A DNA stretch of 63,937 nt, filler included, from Vicugna vicugna (taxonomy: Eukaryota): NCBI GenBank assembly GCA_013265495.1. It is 78 parts of 75 records of this genome, joined end to end, with 100 filler letters (N's around TTAATTAATTAA, not from the genome) between each part and the next. Parts side by side here need not be neighbours in the genome. Positions count along the whole stretch, not along the records: positions 63,001 to 63,611 come from MU060059.1; positions 63,712 to 63,765 come from MU060111.1; positions 63,866 to 63,937 come from MU060161.1; 75 more parts are not named here. One strand, 5' to 3'. The position numbers were made by a program, and so were the translations under genes. Position 1 is the first letter of the stretch. Every line of letters starts with the position of its first letter. Below the pieces are notes generated by a model. The model made no database searches and had not been told where the DNA came from. It worked only from the letters and a program-made list of their open reading frames with translations. Of the stretch, positions 63,001 through 63,937 are shown one piece after another.

Positions 63001-63611
63001 ATATTCTAAATTCTCTGTTCTGCATTCCATTTCTAAATTCTGTTTCTATATTCTCTATTCTGTATTATATATTTTGTGTTCTTGATTCTATATTCTATAT
63101 TCTATATTCTCCATTTCTTTGTCTATATTCTATAATCTGTGTTATTCATTATATATTCTTAATTCTATATACAGTATTCAGCATTCTGTATTCTAAATTC
63201 TGTGTTCTGCATTCAATGTTCTAATTCTATATTCAGTATCTGCATACTATATTCTAAATTCTGTGTTCTGCATTCTATATTCTGCATGCCGTATACTATA
63301 TTCTGTGTTCTACATTGTATATTCTAAATTCTATATTCAGTATTCTGTATTCTATATTCTAAATTCNNNNNNNNNNNNNNNNNNNNNNNNNNNNNNNNNN
63401 NNNNNNNNNNNNNNNNNNNNNNNNNNNNNNNNNNNNNNNNNNNNNNNNNNNNNNNNNNNNNNNNNNNNNNNNNNNNNNNNNNNNNNNNNNNNNNNNNNNN
63501 NNNNNNNNNNNNNNNNNNNNNNNNNNNNNNTTCGTATTCACTATACTCTGTGTTGAACTTTCTATTTTGTAAATTTTATATTAAGTATACTGTATTCTAT
63601 ATTCTAAATTC
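63001..63611 (+). repeat. Satellite E (heptamer)
   Basis: 7-bp periodicity. Confidence 0.95.
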
Positions 63612-63711
63612 NNNNNNNNNNNNNNNNNNNNNNNNNNNNNNNNNNNNNNNNNNNNTTAATTAATTAANNNNNNNNNNNNNNNNNNNNNNNNNNNNNNNNN
63701 NNNNNNNNNNN

Positions 63712-63765
63712 AAACAAGAAATGTATACACTTAGAAATATTTACTCTGACTTCATAGGTTTTTTC
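63712..63765 (-). repeat. Satellite D fragment
   Basis: Matches 10985-11037. Confidence 0.8.
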
Positions 63766-63865
63766 NNNNNNNNNNNNNNNNNNNNNNNNNNNNNNNNNNN
63801 NNNNNNNNNTTAATTAATTAANNNNNNNNNNNNNNNNNNNNNNNNNNNNNNNNNNNNNNNNNNNN

Positions 63866-63937
63866 AGACTAGCTTAGGCATTCCGTTAAAATCCACGTGC
63901 TGCCGACCGTTGGTGGAACTTCCCCATGCTCAGGATT
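63866..63937 (+). repeat. Satellite A fragment
   Basis: GCTTAGGCATTCCGTTA...GCCGACCGTTGGTGGAAC. Confidence 0.9.

Noticed and set aside
445..63821. Regularly recurring TTAATTAATTAA with unique intervening sequence as a CRISPR-like or biological repeat array
   Set aside because: It is always embedded in exactly 44 N on each side and is a synthetic six-frame-stop linker; the 'spacers' are separate mammalian scaffolds.

Overview
This window is not contiguous genomic DNA. It is a concatenation of about 78 short (<0.1-2.3 kb) unplaced scaffolds, joined by an artificial 100-bp linker (44 N + TTAATTAATTAA + 44 N). The DNA is mammalian and very probably camelid, judged from the tRNA-derived Vic-1-like SINEs. 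About half of the fragments are satellite DNA in five families, with periods counted by hand. A is a CpG-rich 267-bp monomer. C is a diverged higher-order-repeat (HOR) relative of A, with 262-267-bp monomers in conserved order. B is a 249-bp monomer. D is an AT-rich ~740-bp trimer of ~247-bp monomers that aligns colinearly with B. E is a heptamer satellite (NNTTCTR) with local 63-bp higher-order periods. The remaining fragments hold old L1, L2, MIR and MLT pieces, a MER41-like ERV end with an env remnant, a CpG island with a probable first exon, a disabled unprocessed ANO6 exon copy, a disabled cTAGE/MIA2-derived retrocopy and a few candidate orphan exons. No complete protein-coding gene, RNA gene or prokaryotic system is supported. 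Almost all ORFs in the supplied track are artefacts of N-runs or satellites. Repeat and protein identifications come from recalled consensus sequences, not from database searches. Satellite strands are relative conventions: for A and C, + reads ...GTTGGTGGAACCTCCCCACGCTCAGG...; for B and D, + reads ...TCCACATGCTC...; for E, + reads TATTCTA.
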